Virus record (IMG/VR): IMGVR_UViG_3300042287_000907
Source of the DNA: a virus
Reading direction: 5' to 3' (one strand)
Length of the DNA: 64,000 nucleotides
The notes beneath the pieces were generated by a model. It was not told the DNA's origin. It saw only the letters and a list, made by a program, of their open reading frames with translations, and made no database searches. A program made the position numbers and the translations under genes. Positions within the stretch are counted from its first letter, which is position 1. Each line of letters opens with the position of its first letter. Positions 1 through 9,186 of the stretch are shown here, piece after piece.

Positions 1-1057
1 GTGGGTATATGCGGGACTTGCGAGTGTTATCATTATATGTGTTGGTGTGGTCTTTGGTAGTCACTACGCTTTCTCTAATTTTCTATTCTTATTTGACGCT
101 ACTGCCATTCTTGTTGGCACAATCTTGGTCGCTCTGCATGCCTACGGTGTCAAGTTTGTAAGTGAGTTTCTACAGAAACAGGCCATAAAGAAACAGTTTG
201 CCGGATATGCCAGTCCAACAGTTGTACGTATGCTTGCTGAGAATCCTGCACTCATCAAGGATGGAATGAAGCGTGAAGTTTCAATATGTTTTAGTGATCT
301 ACGTGGGTTTACACCATTAGGTGAAAGTTTCGGTGACGACGTTAAAGGACTAACACGTATCATGAACGGGTATATGGATGCTATTACACAACCTGTGTTA
401 GATGCTGATGGTATGATCATCAAGTATATCGGTGATGCCAGTATGCACATACACAATGCTCCTATTGAAGATCCTAACCATCCAAAAACAGCAGTTCGTA
501 CAGGACTTAACATGTTGAAGGCAGTAAAACAATTTAATGATAAGATTGTTGCAGAAGGCCGTCCTGCTATTGCTATGGGTGCAGGTATCAACACGGGCCT
601 AGGCTACATTGGAGAGATGGGATCTACTGCAAGGCACAGCTATGATATCCTAGGTGATGCTGTCAGTACTGCGGCACGTATTGAAAGCAAATGCAAAGAA
701 TATGGGTGTGTGCTATTAGTCGGTGGGGCCACAGTAGACCAGTGTGGTGATGATTTCTTCTTTCTAAAAATAGACGATCTAGCAGTCAAGGGCAAGACAG
801 TAGGTATCGCTATCTATACAGTCTTAGACGACGTCACTCCTGACTACCATGTGTCTAAGAAAATACACAATGCCATGCATGGTGCATATAGATCACAGAA
901 TTTCAGTACCGCAATCAGCATGTGCAAACAGCTGAGAGATCAGTTCGACGGCAGATTAAGTGGTTATTATGATATGTGGATCGAACGTTGCGAGTTCCAA
1001 TCGACACAGAAATTGCCTGAAGATTGGGATGGAATTTTCCACGCTTCGACAAAATAG
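1..1057 (+). CDS. Class III adenylate/guanylate cyclase, membrane-anchored (5' truncated by window)
   Basis: FSDLRGFT, KYIGDA, GINTG and YDILGDAVSTAARIE motifs of class III cyclases; frame is open from base 2; hydrophobic N-terminal segment. Confidence 0.9.
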   Translation, partial: WVYAGLASVIIICVGVVFGSHYAFSNFLFLFDATAILVGTILVALHAYGVKFVSEFLQKQAIKKQFAGYASPTVVRMLAENPALIKDGMKREVSICFSDLRGFTPLGESFGDDVKGLTRIMNGYMDAITQPVLDADGMIIKYIGDASMHIHNAPIEDPNHPKTAVRTGLNMLKAVKQFNDKIVAEGRPAIAMGAGINTGLGYIGEMGSTARHSYDILGDAVSTAARIESKCKEYGCVLLVGGATVDQCGDDFFFLKIDDLAVKGKTVGIAIYTVLDDVTPDYHVSKKIHNAMHGAYRSQNFSTAISMCKQLRDQFDGRLSGYYDMWIERCEFQSTQKLPEDWDGIFHASTK

Positions 1058-1061
1058 ATTG

Positions 1062-1391
1062 TTACTTCTTTGATTGTTCAGTGCCGACCAATGCATCTTT
1101 GAACTTGGCGTTGGCTTCTTCTTCAGTTTTCTGTTGTTCTATCACACGCTCTGATTCGATGATCTTACCACGCAGATGTAGAACTGTATTGACCTTTTGA
1201 TTCAGTCTGATTAAATCGTTGTCCAACATGCGGATTCGATCAATCAATGCTATCAATACAGTGTTGGCCTCACTAAGCACAGGCTTGACTTCTTTGGTGG
1301 CCCAAGTCCACACATAGAAAATCATGTAGCCCATACCGCCTGCTGCAACGATAGGAAACCCGTATTTGTTAATCAGCTCTACCACGTCCAT
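1062..1391 (-). CDS. Small membrane protein, YvrJ/holin-like (paralog of 1908-2189)
   Basis: N-terminal INKYGFPIVAAGGMGY TM segment followed by coiled coil; shares GFPI and LDN/ND(L/V)IR motifs with 1908-2189. Confidence 0.55.
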   Translation of the reverse strand: MDVVELINKYGFPIVAAGGMGYMIFYVWTWATKEVKPVLSEANTVLIALIDRIRMLDNDLIRLNQKVNTVLHLRGKIIESERVIEQQKTEEEANAKFKDALVGTEQSKK

Positions 1392-1536
1392 TTGTCATCT
1401 CCTTTTCGTTCCAAACTTCACCCCAGGGGTTCCATATTTTCTTTGGTGCGGTTTTAGGCACATGATAGTACCAAACTGCCACAGAGATTAATACTAGGCA
1501 TTCTAACAAATAGAATACCATAAATGCTTCAAACAT
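1369..1536 (-). CDS. Small hypothetical membrane protein (55 aa, not in ORF track)
   Basis: Manual translation MFEAFMVFYLLECLVLISVAVWYYH...; fills the gap between flanking minus-strand genes. Confidence 0.5.
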   Translation of the reverse strand: MFEAFMVFYLLECLVLISVAVWYYHVPKTAPKKIWNPWGEVWNEKEMTNGRGRAD

Positions 1537-1727
1537 CATCCCACCAACGGCCTAAACACAGTAATTACAGGTTGATAGGCCCATTCAAAGCCGACCAATA
1601 TCCCAACGATGAACCCGATTACAGCACCCCAAAGCGATGATTTAAATAAATCTCTTCCATGGTATATAGGCTGTGACTCGAGGTAGGTCTTGGTATGTTC
1701 AGGAAGATTATTATACCAGTTGCTCAT
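1536..1727 (-). CDS. Hypothetical membrane protein
   Basis: ORF track; single C-terminal TM; operon-like overlap. Confidence 0.6.
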   Translation of the reverse strand: MSNWYNNLPEHTKTYLESQPIYHGRDLFKSSLWGAVIGFIVGILVGFEWAYQPVITVFRPLVG

Positions 1728-1911
1728 TGCGCTCTCCGTCTTTGATAAATTTTACTAAAGGATCTACTTTTTTGAGATAGCAGCGACCGTTAACATTTAC
1801 CAATTGGAAGTAATCGCCGCCTTTCCATCCTAGTTTATCTACGTTAAGTTCTTCATCCAAGATTATCCCATTTGGACTTAAATCCCACGAATAGTCAAAA
1901 TGTAACATCAA
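1711..1911 (-). CDS. Hypothetical protein (possible AbrB/SpoVT-like fold)
   Basis: LGWKGGDYFQLV resembles the AbrB LGxxxGD pattern. Confidence 0.45.
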   Translation of the reverse strand: MMLHFDYSWDLSPNGIILDEELNVDKLGWKGGDYFQLVNVNGRCYLKKVDPLVKFIKDGERNEQLV

Positions 1912-2189
1912 TCTCTCCTTGCATCGTTCTTGCCATCTGCACGAGCTATGCGCTCTACATCTGGACGAAGACCCAAAGCATTAGACACCACTGCATCTAT
2001 GCGTATGACATCGTGATTCATGGTTTTTACACGGTTGTCTAAGGCTGTGATTATGCCGCTCAGACCTTTTACTGAACTCATAACAGAGCCCAACACCAAT
2101 TTGAGAGTTAGAAATACAAAGTATCCACCTGCCAGCGCCGCAGCAATTGGAAATCCTAGTTCCGCTACTAGTTTGAAAAATTCGCCCAT
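1908..2189 (-). CDS. Small membrane protein, YvrJ/holin-like
   Basis: LGFPIAAALAGGYFVF TM segment plus coiled coil. Confidence 0.55.
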   Translation of the reverse strand: MGEFFKLVAELGFPIAAALAGGYFVFLTLKLVLGSVMSSVKGLSGIITALDNRVKTMNHDVIRIDAVVSNALGLRPDVERIARADGKNDARRD

Positions 2190-2224
2190 CGATTCGCTCC
2201 CGGGTTATACTAGTATTTAACTGA

Positions 2225-2253
2225 TTGACAACATCGTTAACTGATGCTATAAT
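2225..2253 (+). promoter_or_regulatory. Sigma70 promoter
   Basis: TTGACA-17nt-TATAAT. Confidence 0.9.
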
Positions 2254-2282
2254 ATACACATAGAAAGTGAGTATAACCTGCC

Positions 2283-3086
2283 ATGAAAATCCAAATCGTA
2301 TCCGATCTACATCTAGAGTTCTCGGACATACTGATCAAAAACACCAATAACGCCGATGTATTGATTCTCGGTGGTGACATTATGATCGCTGAGAAAGTTC
2401 TCAAGCCTGAAAGTGAATTGGGTGTCCGTTTCAGAGATTTCTTGAAACGTTGCAGTTTTCAATTTCCGCATGTGATCTATATCGCTGGCAATCATGAGTT
2501 CTATGGCGGCTATTGGTCTAAAAGTCTAGAACAACTGCGCATGGCTTGTGGTGTTCACGATAACATCTACTTCCTTGAGCGTGATACTAAAATCATCGAT
2601 GATGTGGTGTTTGTAGGTGGCACACTTTGGACAGATATGAATAGACATGATCCATTGACTCTGCACGGTGTTCGTGACATGATGAATGATTTCAGATCTA
2701 TCACTGATGACACCTTGGGCTATATCAAACTCAAGCCTGCTACCACTGCAGAACGTCATAGACAGACTCGACAGTATATCGAGTTAATTGTCAAAGAACA
2801 CGCAGACAAGCGGGTAGTGGTAGTGGGGCATCACACTCCTAGTTTTCAGAGCTGTCACGAGATGTACAAATCAGACTATATCATGAACGGTGCGTATCAC
2901 AGTGACCTTTCAGAGATTATGTTGGATCATCCGCAGATCAAACTGTGGACACATGGTCATACACATCATTGTTTTGATTATGTCATAGGTGAGACTCGAG
3001 TGGTGTGTAATCCACGTGGTTACCATCAAGCCAGTGGATGGAGTGAAGATACTGGATGGGATCCAGAGAAAGTAGTTGAAGTATGA
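2283..3086 (+). CDS. Calcineurin-like metallophosphoesterase
   Basis: SDLH, GGD, GNHE, GHH and HGHTH motifs. Confidence 0.9.
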   Translation: MKIQIVSDLHLEFSDILIKNTNNADVLILGGDIMIAEKVLKPESELGVRFRDFLKRCSFQFPHVIYIAGNHEFYGGYWSKSLEQLRMACGVHDNIYFLERDTKIIDDVVFVGGTLWTDMNRHDPLTLHGVRDMMNDFRSITDDTLGYIKLKPATTAERHRQTRQYIELIVKEHADKRVVVVGHHTPSFQSCHEMYKSDYIMNGAYHSDLSEIMLDHPQIKLWTHGHTHHCFDYVIGETRVVCNPRGYHQASGWSEDTGWDPEKVVEV

Positions 3087-3553
3087 AAAAAATCTATTAC
3101 GAAAAAGTTGGGCGTAGGTATGTGCCTGTGAGTGAGTATGACAACGACTTTCTGGACAGCTTTACCAAAGGCAATCATCTCGTGATGAGCTATCCGGGAG
3201 GAACCAGCCGTAGGTACAACATCGATCCTGCGCTGGCTCCTATGATCGCTGCTGGCCGGTATGCTGAAGATGCTATGTGCAAGGCGCTGAATCGAGCCAG
3301 CGAAATGCGGCCTGCGAAGACCCCAATCACCCCAGGACAGCAACGAGCATGGAAAAAGTTGGCCAAAGAGTTTGGTGATGAATTGTGTACTCTCCACGGT
3401 GCCAGCATACACGATATCGCAGAAGCTGGGGTCAAGGCCATGCAAGTGGAGGCAGACAAGCTTCTGCAACACGAAGGTGTACGTAAGGCCTATGATCATT
3501 TCCAATTGATGTGCAAATTAACCAAAGACAATCAACCTCGCATTGACAATTAA
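3083..3553 (+). CDS. Hypothetical phage protein
   Basis: ORF track; ATGA overlap with upstream gene. Confidence 0.7.
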   Translation: MKKIYYEKVGRRYVPVSEYDNDFLDSFTKGNHLVMSYPGGTSRRYNIDPALAPMIAAGRYAEDAMCKALNRASEMRPAKTPITPGQQRAWKKLAKEFGDELCTLHGASIHDIAEAGVKAMQVEADKLLQHEGVRKAYDHFQLMCKLTKDNQPRIDN

Positions 3554-3571
3554 ACAGAAATATGCTATACT
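3543..3571 (+). promoter_or_regulatory. Sigma70 promoter
   Basis: TTGACA-17nt-TATACT. Confidence 0.85.
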
Positions 3572-3598
3572 ATAGTATCTTAATGAAAGGATTTAACC

Positions 3599-4159
3599 GT
3601 GATTACTCTTAAAGAATGGATGGAATTGGTAGACTATCGTATCACCGAGGGCAGTGAATACTGTTGGCAGTGCTATGGTCCCGATGCTTACTCTCTAGAT
3701 AGTTGGAATGGTGATCAAAATGGATATAGTTTTTGTATCATTTTTGATAATAAAACACAGGTAGTCTATGAAGTTCAGGCTCACGACTATGTGCATAATC
3801 GTGCCTATCGACTTATCAATCCTGACTTCCAAAGTAACCATTCCGATGAAAGTGAAGAGCGTGGCATCAGTGTCAATAATGCCTGGGATGATGTTAATTA
3901 CATCGATCTAGATGTAGATGACGATTTCTTCCAAAAAGCTCTGGCTATTCGTGAAGGTGAAGACTACGATACTCGTGTACAGATTCAGGTAGATTTCGAC
4001 GATGCAGAACTGTTAGAGTATATGAAGATCGCACACGATCGTGACATCACTTTTAACGAATTGGTTGAGATCGCTCTACAAGAAGCCATCGACCAACATC
4101 GCATGTTAAATGATATTGATTTTTCTGTAAAGAAGAAAAAGAAAAAGAAAGGCCGGTAA
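3599..4159 (+). CDS. Hypothetical phage protein with poly-Lys C-terminus
   Basis: ORF track; AAGGA SD before GTG start. Confidence 0.7.
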   Translation: MITLKEWMELVDYRITEGSEYCWQCYGPDAYSLDSWNGDQNGYSFCIIFDNKTQVVYEVQAHDYVHNRAYRLINPDFQSNHSDESEERGISVNNAWDDVNYIDLDVDDDFFQKALAIREGEDYDTRVQIQVDFDDAELLEYMKIAHDRDITFNELVEIALQEAIDQHRMLNDIDFSVKKKKKKKGR

Positions 4160-4485
4160 TGGGCGAAACTCAAAAGTTTTTAGAAGATCTAAAAACTGGT
4201 ATCAGACATATAGTGATCAATGACTGCTATGGCGGGTTTGGTCTCAGTGATCGTGCTCGTGAAGAATATAAAAAACTTGCAGGCATCACAGATTCTGGAT
4301 GGTATGATCGAGATGTTGCTCGTGATGATCCCTATCTGGTCAAGGTAGTCAAGGAACTAGGCTCTGCTGCCAGCGGCGGCCATGCCAAACTCAAGATAGT
4401 AGAAATACCCGGCGATGTGTCGTGGCACATTGGTGAGTACGACGGTGTAGAATGGGTGGCTGAAGATCATCGTACTTGGAAATGA
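4159..4485 (+). CDS. Hypothetical phage protein
   Basis: ORF track; translationally coupled. Confidence 0.7.
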   Translation: MGETQKFLEDLKTGIRHIVINDCYGGFGLSDRAREEYKKLAGITDSGWYDRDVARDDPYLVKVVKELGSAASGGHAKLKIVEIPGDVSWHIGEYDGVEWVAEDHRTWK

Positions 4486-4781
4486 CATTAGTAGCAGTAA
4501 ACGGTGGATGGGTAAAAATGCGCAAAACATCAGTGCACCATTGGCGGTTTGAAGATGGCAAGACCTGTCCTAATCCTGATAGTCAGTGGAAAATGGATCC
4601 GCCCCCTCGCGGTTGGTACTGTTGGGTATATCCTAGCGACCATCAAGAATTTCAAGAGTGGATGAGTAAAATGTGCCCTACAACAGATATCACGCATCGG
4701 TTTAACAGTGGTGATCCTATGTGGACTGTCTACATCAGCGACGATACTGAAGCAACATTATTTCAATTAAAGTGGTTATAA
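4476..4781 (+). CDS. Small paralog family member 1 (C-terminal FxLK/RW motif)
   Basis: Ends DDTEATLFQLKWL. Confidence 0.65.
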   Translation: MEMTLVAVNGGWVKMRKTSVHHWRFEDGKTCPNPDSQWKMDPPPRGWYCWVYPSDHQEFQEWMSKMCPTTDITHRFNSGDPMWTVYISDDTEATLFQLKWL

Positions 4782-5089
4782 TGAGCAAACCTGTAGTTAT
4801 GAGTTCTGACCAGTGGAATGCGGTACTCGATCGTATCAAGCAACGAGAAAAGCCCAGCGTTTATCTTTCACGAACAAAGATGAAAGAAGTCCTGGGCTTC
4901 ACTGTACGTGATCACAGAGAGTATGTCAAAGACCCAGATTATGTAAAATTACCATCAACAGGTGAATGGCACGATCTGGAACTTGGTTGGTATGAAGGCA
5001 AAAAGAATGTACATACCGTTCGATTGGATTTCTACGATGATCAAAAACGCACAATGTTTCTATTAAAATATGGTAACGGACAAACTTAA
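4772..5089 (+). CDS. Small paralog family member 2
   Basis: Contains FYDDQKRTMFLLKYG near the C-terminus. Confidence 0.65.
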   Translation: MVIMSKPVVMSSDQWNAVLDRIKQREKPSVYLSRTKMKEVLGFTVRDHREYVKDPDYVKLPSTGEWHDLELGWYEGKKNVHTVRLDFYDDQKRTMFLLKYGNGQT

Positions 5090-5321
5090 AATTAGTTCGC
5101 TTAATGAGATACTAGCCACCCGTGTTAGAACAGTTTACCCGTATCGTGTAAACTTTAATAATATCACACGTAATCAAATTGAAGAAATGTCCTCTTGGTG
5201 TATTAACAACTGCAAAGAACTCTGGCGTGAAGAACATGTTCATGCACTATATTTTCAATTCACAGACGATCACGATGCCATGATGTTTATGTTAAAGTTT
5301 GGCGGAAGGGGTAACGTATGA
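5070..5321 (+). CDS. Small paralog family member 3
   Basis: WCINNC and FTDDHDAMMFMLKFG. Confidence 0.65.
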   Translation: MVTDKLKISSLNEILATRVRTVYPYRVNFNNITRNQIEEMSSWCINNCKELWREEHVHALYFQFTDDHDAMMFMLKFGGRGNV

Positions 5322-5713
5322 TACCAGATTGGCAAACAAATGTGCTGAATAAACTTCAAGGCATCAAACCCAGTCAGCTGATATTGACCATGGCAGGCCG
5401 AGGGACTGGCAAGAGCGTGATGAATAGCCAAGCATTTCAGAGACTTTGGGATGACTTGCATGCTCGTCCAGTAGAAGATCTCAAACTCACAGAGGGCACA
5501 GTCTACGGCTGCCAATACTACTGTGTAGAACCAGTGGGCGGAGTTTGGCATGAAATGGAAGCGTGGTGCATAAAAACTTTTGATTCCACACAGGGATCTA
5601 TCTGGGGAGAAAATCCTACGCTCGCACCTGCACAGCGTTGGTATATGAACAATCGCAAGTTTTGGTTCCGCGATGATGCAGATCGTTTGATGTTTGTGAT
5701 GAGGTGGCGATGA
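5318..5713 (+). CDS. Small paralog family member 4 (N-terminal P-loop-like segment)
   Basis: AGRGTGKS near the N-terminus; ends FRDDADRLMFVMRWR. Confidence 0.65.
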   Translation: MIPDWQTNVLNKLQGIKPSQLILTMAGRGTGKSVMNSQAFQRLWDDLHARPVEDLKLTEGTVYGCQYYCVEPVGGVWHEMEAWCIKTFDSTQGSIWGENPTLAPAQRWYMNNRKFWFRDDADRLMFVMRWR

Positions 5714-5967
5714 CTCTAGAAGAAGAAATGCTGAATAAGGCAGGTATAGAAATGGCTCGCGAAATTGACCGCGAGGTGCTTTGGGGCATGCTCAAGGATA
5801 TAGGTTGGCGCAGAGTCATGTTGGATAGATTTACAGACAACAACCATGCTGTGGATATTACACATTGGTTAGAATCAAATTGTAAAAATCCCTTTGAACG
5901 CAGCGGTGCAGATTTTATCTTTGAATCTACAGTAGATGCTGTGAATTTTACACTAAGATGGAAGTGA
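5704..5967 (+). CDS. Small paralog family member 5
   Basis: WLESNC; ends FESTVDAVNFTLRWK. Confidence 0.65.
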   Translation: MAMTLEEEMLNKAGIEMAREIDREVLWGMLKDIGWRRVMLDRFTDNNHAVDITHWLESNCKNPFERSGADFIFESTVDAVNFTLRWK

Positions 5968-6173
5968 TAATTAAAAATCTGTCCCCTAATGATGCTATAG
6001 ATATTGTTAGAGACGTTCGAGAACAGGGCTTAGTGCAGGGGAAAGATTTTGATTTTGCATTTTATCAAACTCGTTGGGATTCAATGGTTGGAGAAATACC
6101 CAAATATACAAAATTTATTTTCCATCAAGATAAATGGGCGGTTTGGTTTAGTTTAAAATATGGCGATACATAA
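5958..6173 (+). CDS. Small paralog family member 6
   Basis: FHQDKWAVWFSLKYG near the C-terminus. Confidence 0.6.
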   Translation: MEVIIKNLSPNDAIDIVRDVREQGLVQGKDFDFAFYQTRWDSMVGEIPKYTKFIFHQDKWAVWFSLKYGDT

Positions 6174-6516
6174 ATTCAAAGGATACCAGTTTGACCCTGC
6201 TCAGGGTTACCTAGGGCCTGCACCCGAAGGAGATACATATAGGTATATGATAGTCAACGATCGAGTAGAGGAAATACGAGAAGTCGTTGTCCATTCGTTT
6301 ACAATGGGCGACGTAGAAGATCCAGACCTGTATGCTGCAGAACCACTTTGGAAATGGCAACAAAGTGAAGAAGGTGCGTGGGTCATGTCTCACGCAGTGG
6401 AAACTCCTAGCTGGAATAGAATCCCAGATCAACTGCAATACGGATATCGGTACGAGATTCGAGCTAAACTGTCAGGTGCTAGACTCACAGAATATCTGTT
6501 AAGGCACGGAAAATGA
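6160..6516 (+). CDS. Small paralog family member 7 (divergent)
   Basis: Ends ARLTEYLLRHGK. Confidence 0.55.
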   Translation: MAIHKFKGYQFDPAQGYLGPAPEGDTYRYMIVNDRVEEIREVVVHSFTMGDVEDPDLYAAEPLWKWQQSEEGAWVMSHAVETPSWNRIPDQLQYGYRYEIRAKLSGARLTEYLLRHGK

Positions 6517-6770
6517 TAGATCCGAATCCCACAGTGACAATTTTGCGGGCTCAGAAAGCAGAAGAGCATCTCAAGGTTGATGAAAGATTGATGCAGTTAT
6601 TAGATACGTATCACGCCATTGTGCTCAAAGATGATGACTTTTCAGAAAAACTCACATGGTGTTTGGAAAACTGTCAAAGCAAGTTTCGTGACCTCAGTGA
6701 TCCAAATGGCCGTGCTTGGTATTTCCAAAATGAACAAGATGCCATGCTGTTTGCGATGAGGTGGTCGTGA
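6513..6770 (+). CDS. Small paralog family member 8
   Basis: WCLENC; ends FQNEQDAMLFAMRWS. Confidence 0.65.
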   Translation: MIDPNPTVTILRAQKAEEHLKVDERLMQLLDTYHAIVLKDDDFSEKLTWCLENCQSKFRDLSDPNGRAWYFQNEQDAMLFAMRWS

Positions 6771-6776
6771 TAATAC

Positions 6777-6805
6777 TTGACATTTGACCTAGACGATGTT
6801 ATAAT
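6777..6805 (+). promoter_or_regulatory. Sigma70 promoter
   Basis: TTGACA-17nt-TATAAT. Confidence 0.85.
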
Positions 6806-6829
6806 ATTATATCATTTAGAAAGTATTAT

Positions 6830-7072
6830 ATGAACGAACAATTAATTGGTAATTTATTTGCAGAAGCACAACGTCAAATGACCGGTAGTTCAAGCAAAGA
6901 GTTTAGCGAAAAGTTTGCCGAGTTGATTGTTCGGGAATGTATTGACAAGATTGAAACACATCGTATTCCTGTTAGTAATAGTGCCGCAGGTGAGATGGCT
7001 TGCGAATGGACCTATGCCGCGTTGAAAGAGATTAGGGACGAGATTAAAGAACATTTCGGAGTTAAAGAATGA
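6830..7072 (+). CDS. Hypothetical phage protein
   Basis: ORF track; EKFAELIVREC...IKEHFGV pattern. Confidence 0.7.
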   Translation: MNEQLIGNLFAEAQRQMTGSSSKEFSEKFAELIVRECIDKIETHRIPVSNSAAGEMACEWTYAALKEIRDEIKEHFGVKE

Positions 7073-7473
7073 AAATAGGATTTAGTTTTGGTCGATGTAT
7101 TCGTGATATTGTTAACGGTGAAGTCGGCATCGATGATGTGGCATTTTTAATCACTGCCACCAACATTAAAGATGTCAGTCACTTAGACCATGTGATAGAT
7201 GTGTATATGGGAGAGCCCGGATATCTTCTAGGACTAGATCACCACAGTTGCAAAGAAGTCGCACATCTGCTTTGGAATTCTAATAGAGTGTTGCAACCAA
7301 GAGCACAGGGCATGCACAGACATGCACAGCCAGAAAATTCAGTTTGGGTAGATATGTTTCCCACAGAATGCAGTAAAAATCCTTCGGTCAAAACAGCCTG
7401 GGATCATTACAGATTTATGCTACATATAACTGAGAACGTTGATAATGAAGCAGTAGAGATTTTTAAACAATAG
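7069..7473 (+). CDS. Hypothetical phage protein
   Basis: ORF track; coupled overlap. Confidence 0.7.
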   Translation: MKIGFSFGRCIRDIVNGEVGIDDVAFLITATNIKDVSHLDHVIDVYMGEPGYLLGLDHHSCKEVAHLLWNSNRVLQPRAQGMHRHAQPENSVWVDMFPTECSKNPSVKTAWDHYRFMLHITENVDNEAVEIFKQ

Positions 7474-7481
7474 GAGATGCC

Positions 7482-7667
7482 ATGGTCAAAGAGGGATCAA
7501 GATGGGAAGGTAACGAAGGACAAAAATTTCATGTACTACATGTAATTGAAATCGACGGGCATACATGGGTTCATTATATCAAAGAAAATGCACCCGAAGA
7601 TTCTAATCGTGAATATAGCTGTTACATAGAAAGCTTCTTACAACGATTCAGGTCACTGCCAGAATGA
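7482..7667 (+). CDS. Hypothetical phage protein
   Basis: AGGAG SD; ORF track. Confidence 0.65.
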   Translation: MVKEGSRWEGNEGQKFHVLHVIEIDGHTWVHYIKENAPEDSNREYSCYIESFLQRFRSLPE

Positions 7668-7933
7668 TTAGTTTTAGTTTTAATATTCGAGTACCCGGAT
7701 CAAACAGGTTCAACAATATCAAATGTTGGCATGGATCTACGCCATTCAAGCACAAATTTTGGGAACTGCAGATCTATCAATCCGCTGATATCGTAGATCT
7801 GTTTGTGAGAATAACCCACAATCAAAGTCACGCTGGTCTACATATGGGTATTGGAATGGTGGGATATAATCTAGAATTCCAGGTCTATGATATAAGACAT
7901 TGGAACCCTGAAACCCGCAGATGGCAAACTTGA
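7664..7933 (+). CDS. Hypothetical phage protein
   Basis: ORF track; ATGA overlap. Confidence 0.65.
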   Translation: MISFSFNIRVPGSNRFNNIKCWHGSTPFKHKFWELQIYQSADIVDLFVRITHNQSHAGLHMGIGMVGYNLEFQVYDIRHWNPETRRWQT

Positions 7934-7989
7934 GATAATATACGCACTTAATTATGTTATAATACAACTAGGATAAGTAAAGTATACGC

Positions 7990-8565
7990 ATGGAGCAAAA
8001 AGTGAAAAAATCGGAATATTTCAATGCTGAGGATCAGATTGATCTCAAACTGCTAGAATCTAGCACATTTTTCCTTAACGGTGAAATCAACGAAGAATCT
8101 GTAGGAGAATGTGTGCGGTGGTTTCTCTATGAGAATCTTGATGTAGCCAAGGAAAAAACACTGACACTTTATATTAATTCCACAGGCGGTGATCTTTATC
8201 AGGCATTTGCACTCATAGATGTCATGCAGGCCAGTCCTCATAAAGTACGATGTGTAGGCATCGGTGCAGTGATGAGTGCGGCATTCTTGATCTTTGCTTC
8301 AGGCACACACGGTGAACGATACGCTGCCAAAAACACCAGTTTCATGTGCCACCAATTTTCCGAAAGTATGGACAATAAATATCACGATCTCAAAGCCACT
8401 ATGCGAGAAAATGACAGCTGTAATGAACGTATGGTCTCAGTTTTGAAAGCAGCCACTGGATTGGCACCCTCGGTGATCAAGAAACGCCTGCTGCCAGCAT
8501 CAGACGTTTATCTAACCGCAGAAGAAACTGTGGAAATTGGCGTAGCAGATCATCTACTGGGATAA
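7990..8565 (+). CDS. clpP: ClpP-like serine protease subunit
   Basis: LYINSTGG, AVMSAA (catalytic Ser), FMCHQ (catalytic His) and DVYLTAEE motifs. Confidence 0.85.
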   Translation: MEQKVKKSEYFNAEDQIDLKLLESSTFFLNGEINEESVGECVRWFLYENLDVAKEKTLTLYINSTGGDLYQAFALIDVMQASPHKVRCVGIGAVMSAAFLIFASGTHGERYAAKNTSFMCHQFSESMDNKYHDLKATMRENDSCNERMVSVLKAATGLAPSVIKKRLLPASDVYLTAEETVEIGVADHLLG

Positions 8566-8568
8566 TCA

Positions 8569-8817
8569 ATGAACAATGTCTATACCTTTGATCCCAAGGC
8601 CAAGGAAGATGAAGAGCGCAAGCAATCACTTTTAGAAGTCATAGATGCTGTGCGAGATCAGATAGAGCGAGGCGAGATTCGAGAACTAGTGGCCTGCAGT
8701 TTAGACAAGGATGGCGAGGCACAGATACATGTCAGTGCCTTGGATCTACCAGGCAGTGTCGGACTGTTTGAAATTGGCAAGCATCTGCTGATCTCACAGA
8801 CCAATGATGTGTTGTAA
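8569..8817 (+). CDS. Hypothetical phage protein
   Basis: ORF track. Confidence 0.65.
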   Translation: MNNVYTFDPKAKEDEERKQSLLEVIDAVRDQIERGEIRELVACSLDKDGEAQIHVSALDLPGSVGLFEIGKHLLISQTNDVL

Positions 8818-8846
8818 AAAAGCCACATAAACTGCAATGATCTAGG

Positions 8847-8875
8847 TTGACACATAAATAAAAAGACCGTATACT
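8847..8875 (+). promoter_or_regulatory. Sigma70 promoter P1 of tRNA operon
   Basis: TTGACA-17nt-TATACT. Confidence 0.85.
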
Positions 8876-8930
8876 AGCAGTTGTGTTTAGCAAAGAGTCA
8901 AAACTTTTTTGCCAGAAGTGCAAATAGAGG

Positions 8931-8959
8931 TTGACACAGAGACTAAATAAATGTATAAT
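8931..8959 (+). promoter_or_regulatory. Sigma70 promoter P2 of tRNA operon
   Basis: TTGACA-17nt-TATAAT with extended -10 TG-like context. Confidence 0.9.
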
Positions 8960-9010
8960 TAACACATGCACTAAAAATAGTGTGTGACTTTCAAGGAAAT
9001 GAAGAAGACA

Positions 9011-9154
9011 ATGAAACACGTATCATTACATATATCTTGTAAATCCGTAGCCCAGGTGGGAGGCTTTATGCCCTCATATTGGCTCGCGATTGATAGTATA
9101 TCTAATGATCGTACACCAGAGCTATTACCGGGGTCCGTGGAGATGTTAGTGTAA
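9011..9154 (+). CDS. Putative attenuator leader peptide (47 aa, contains all 20 amino acids)
   Basis: Manual translation MKHVSLHISCKSVAQVGGFMPSYWLAIDSISNDRTPELLPGSVEMLV*; in-frame alternative ATG at 8999; AAGGA upstream; 3' end overlaps the antiterminator. Confidence 0.7.
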   Translation: MKHVSLHISCKSVAQVGGFMPSYWLAIDSISNDRTPELLPGSVEMLV

Positions 9155-9186
9155 ACATAAAATACACAGCTACTTCAAAGGACCCC
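9130..9186 (+). promoter_or_regulatory. Putative antiterminator hairpin
   Basis: GGGGTCC(9130-36)/GGACCCC(9180-86), TGGAG/CTTCA and GTGTA/TACAC pairings; overlaps the terminator 5' arm. Confidence 0.7.
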
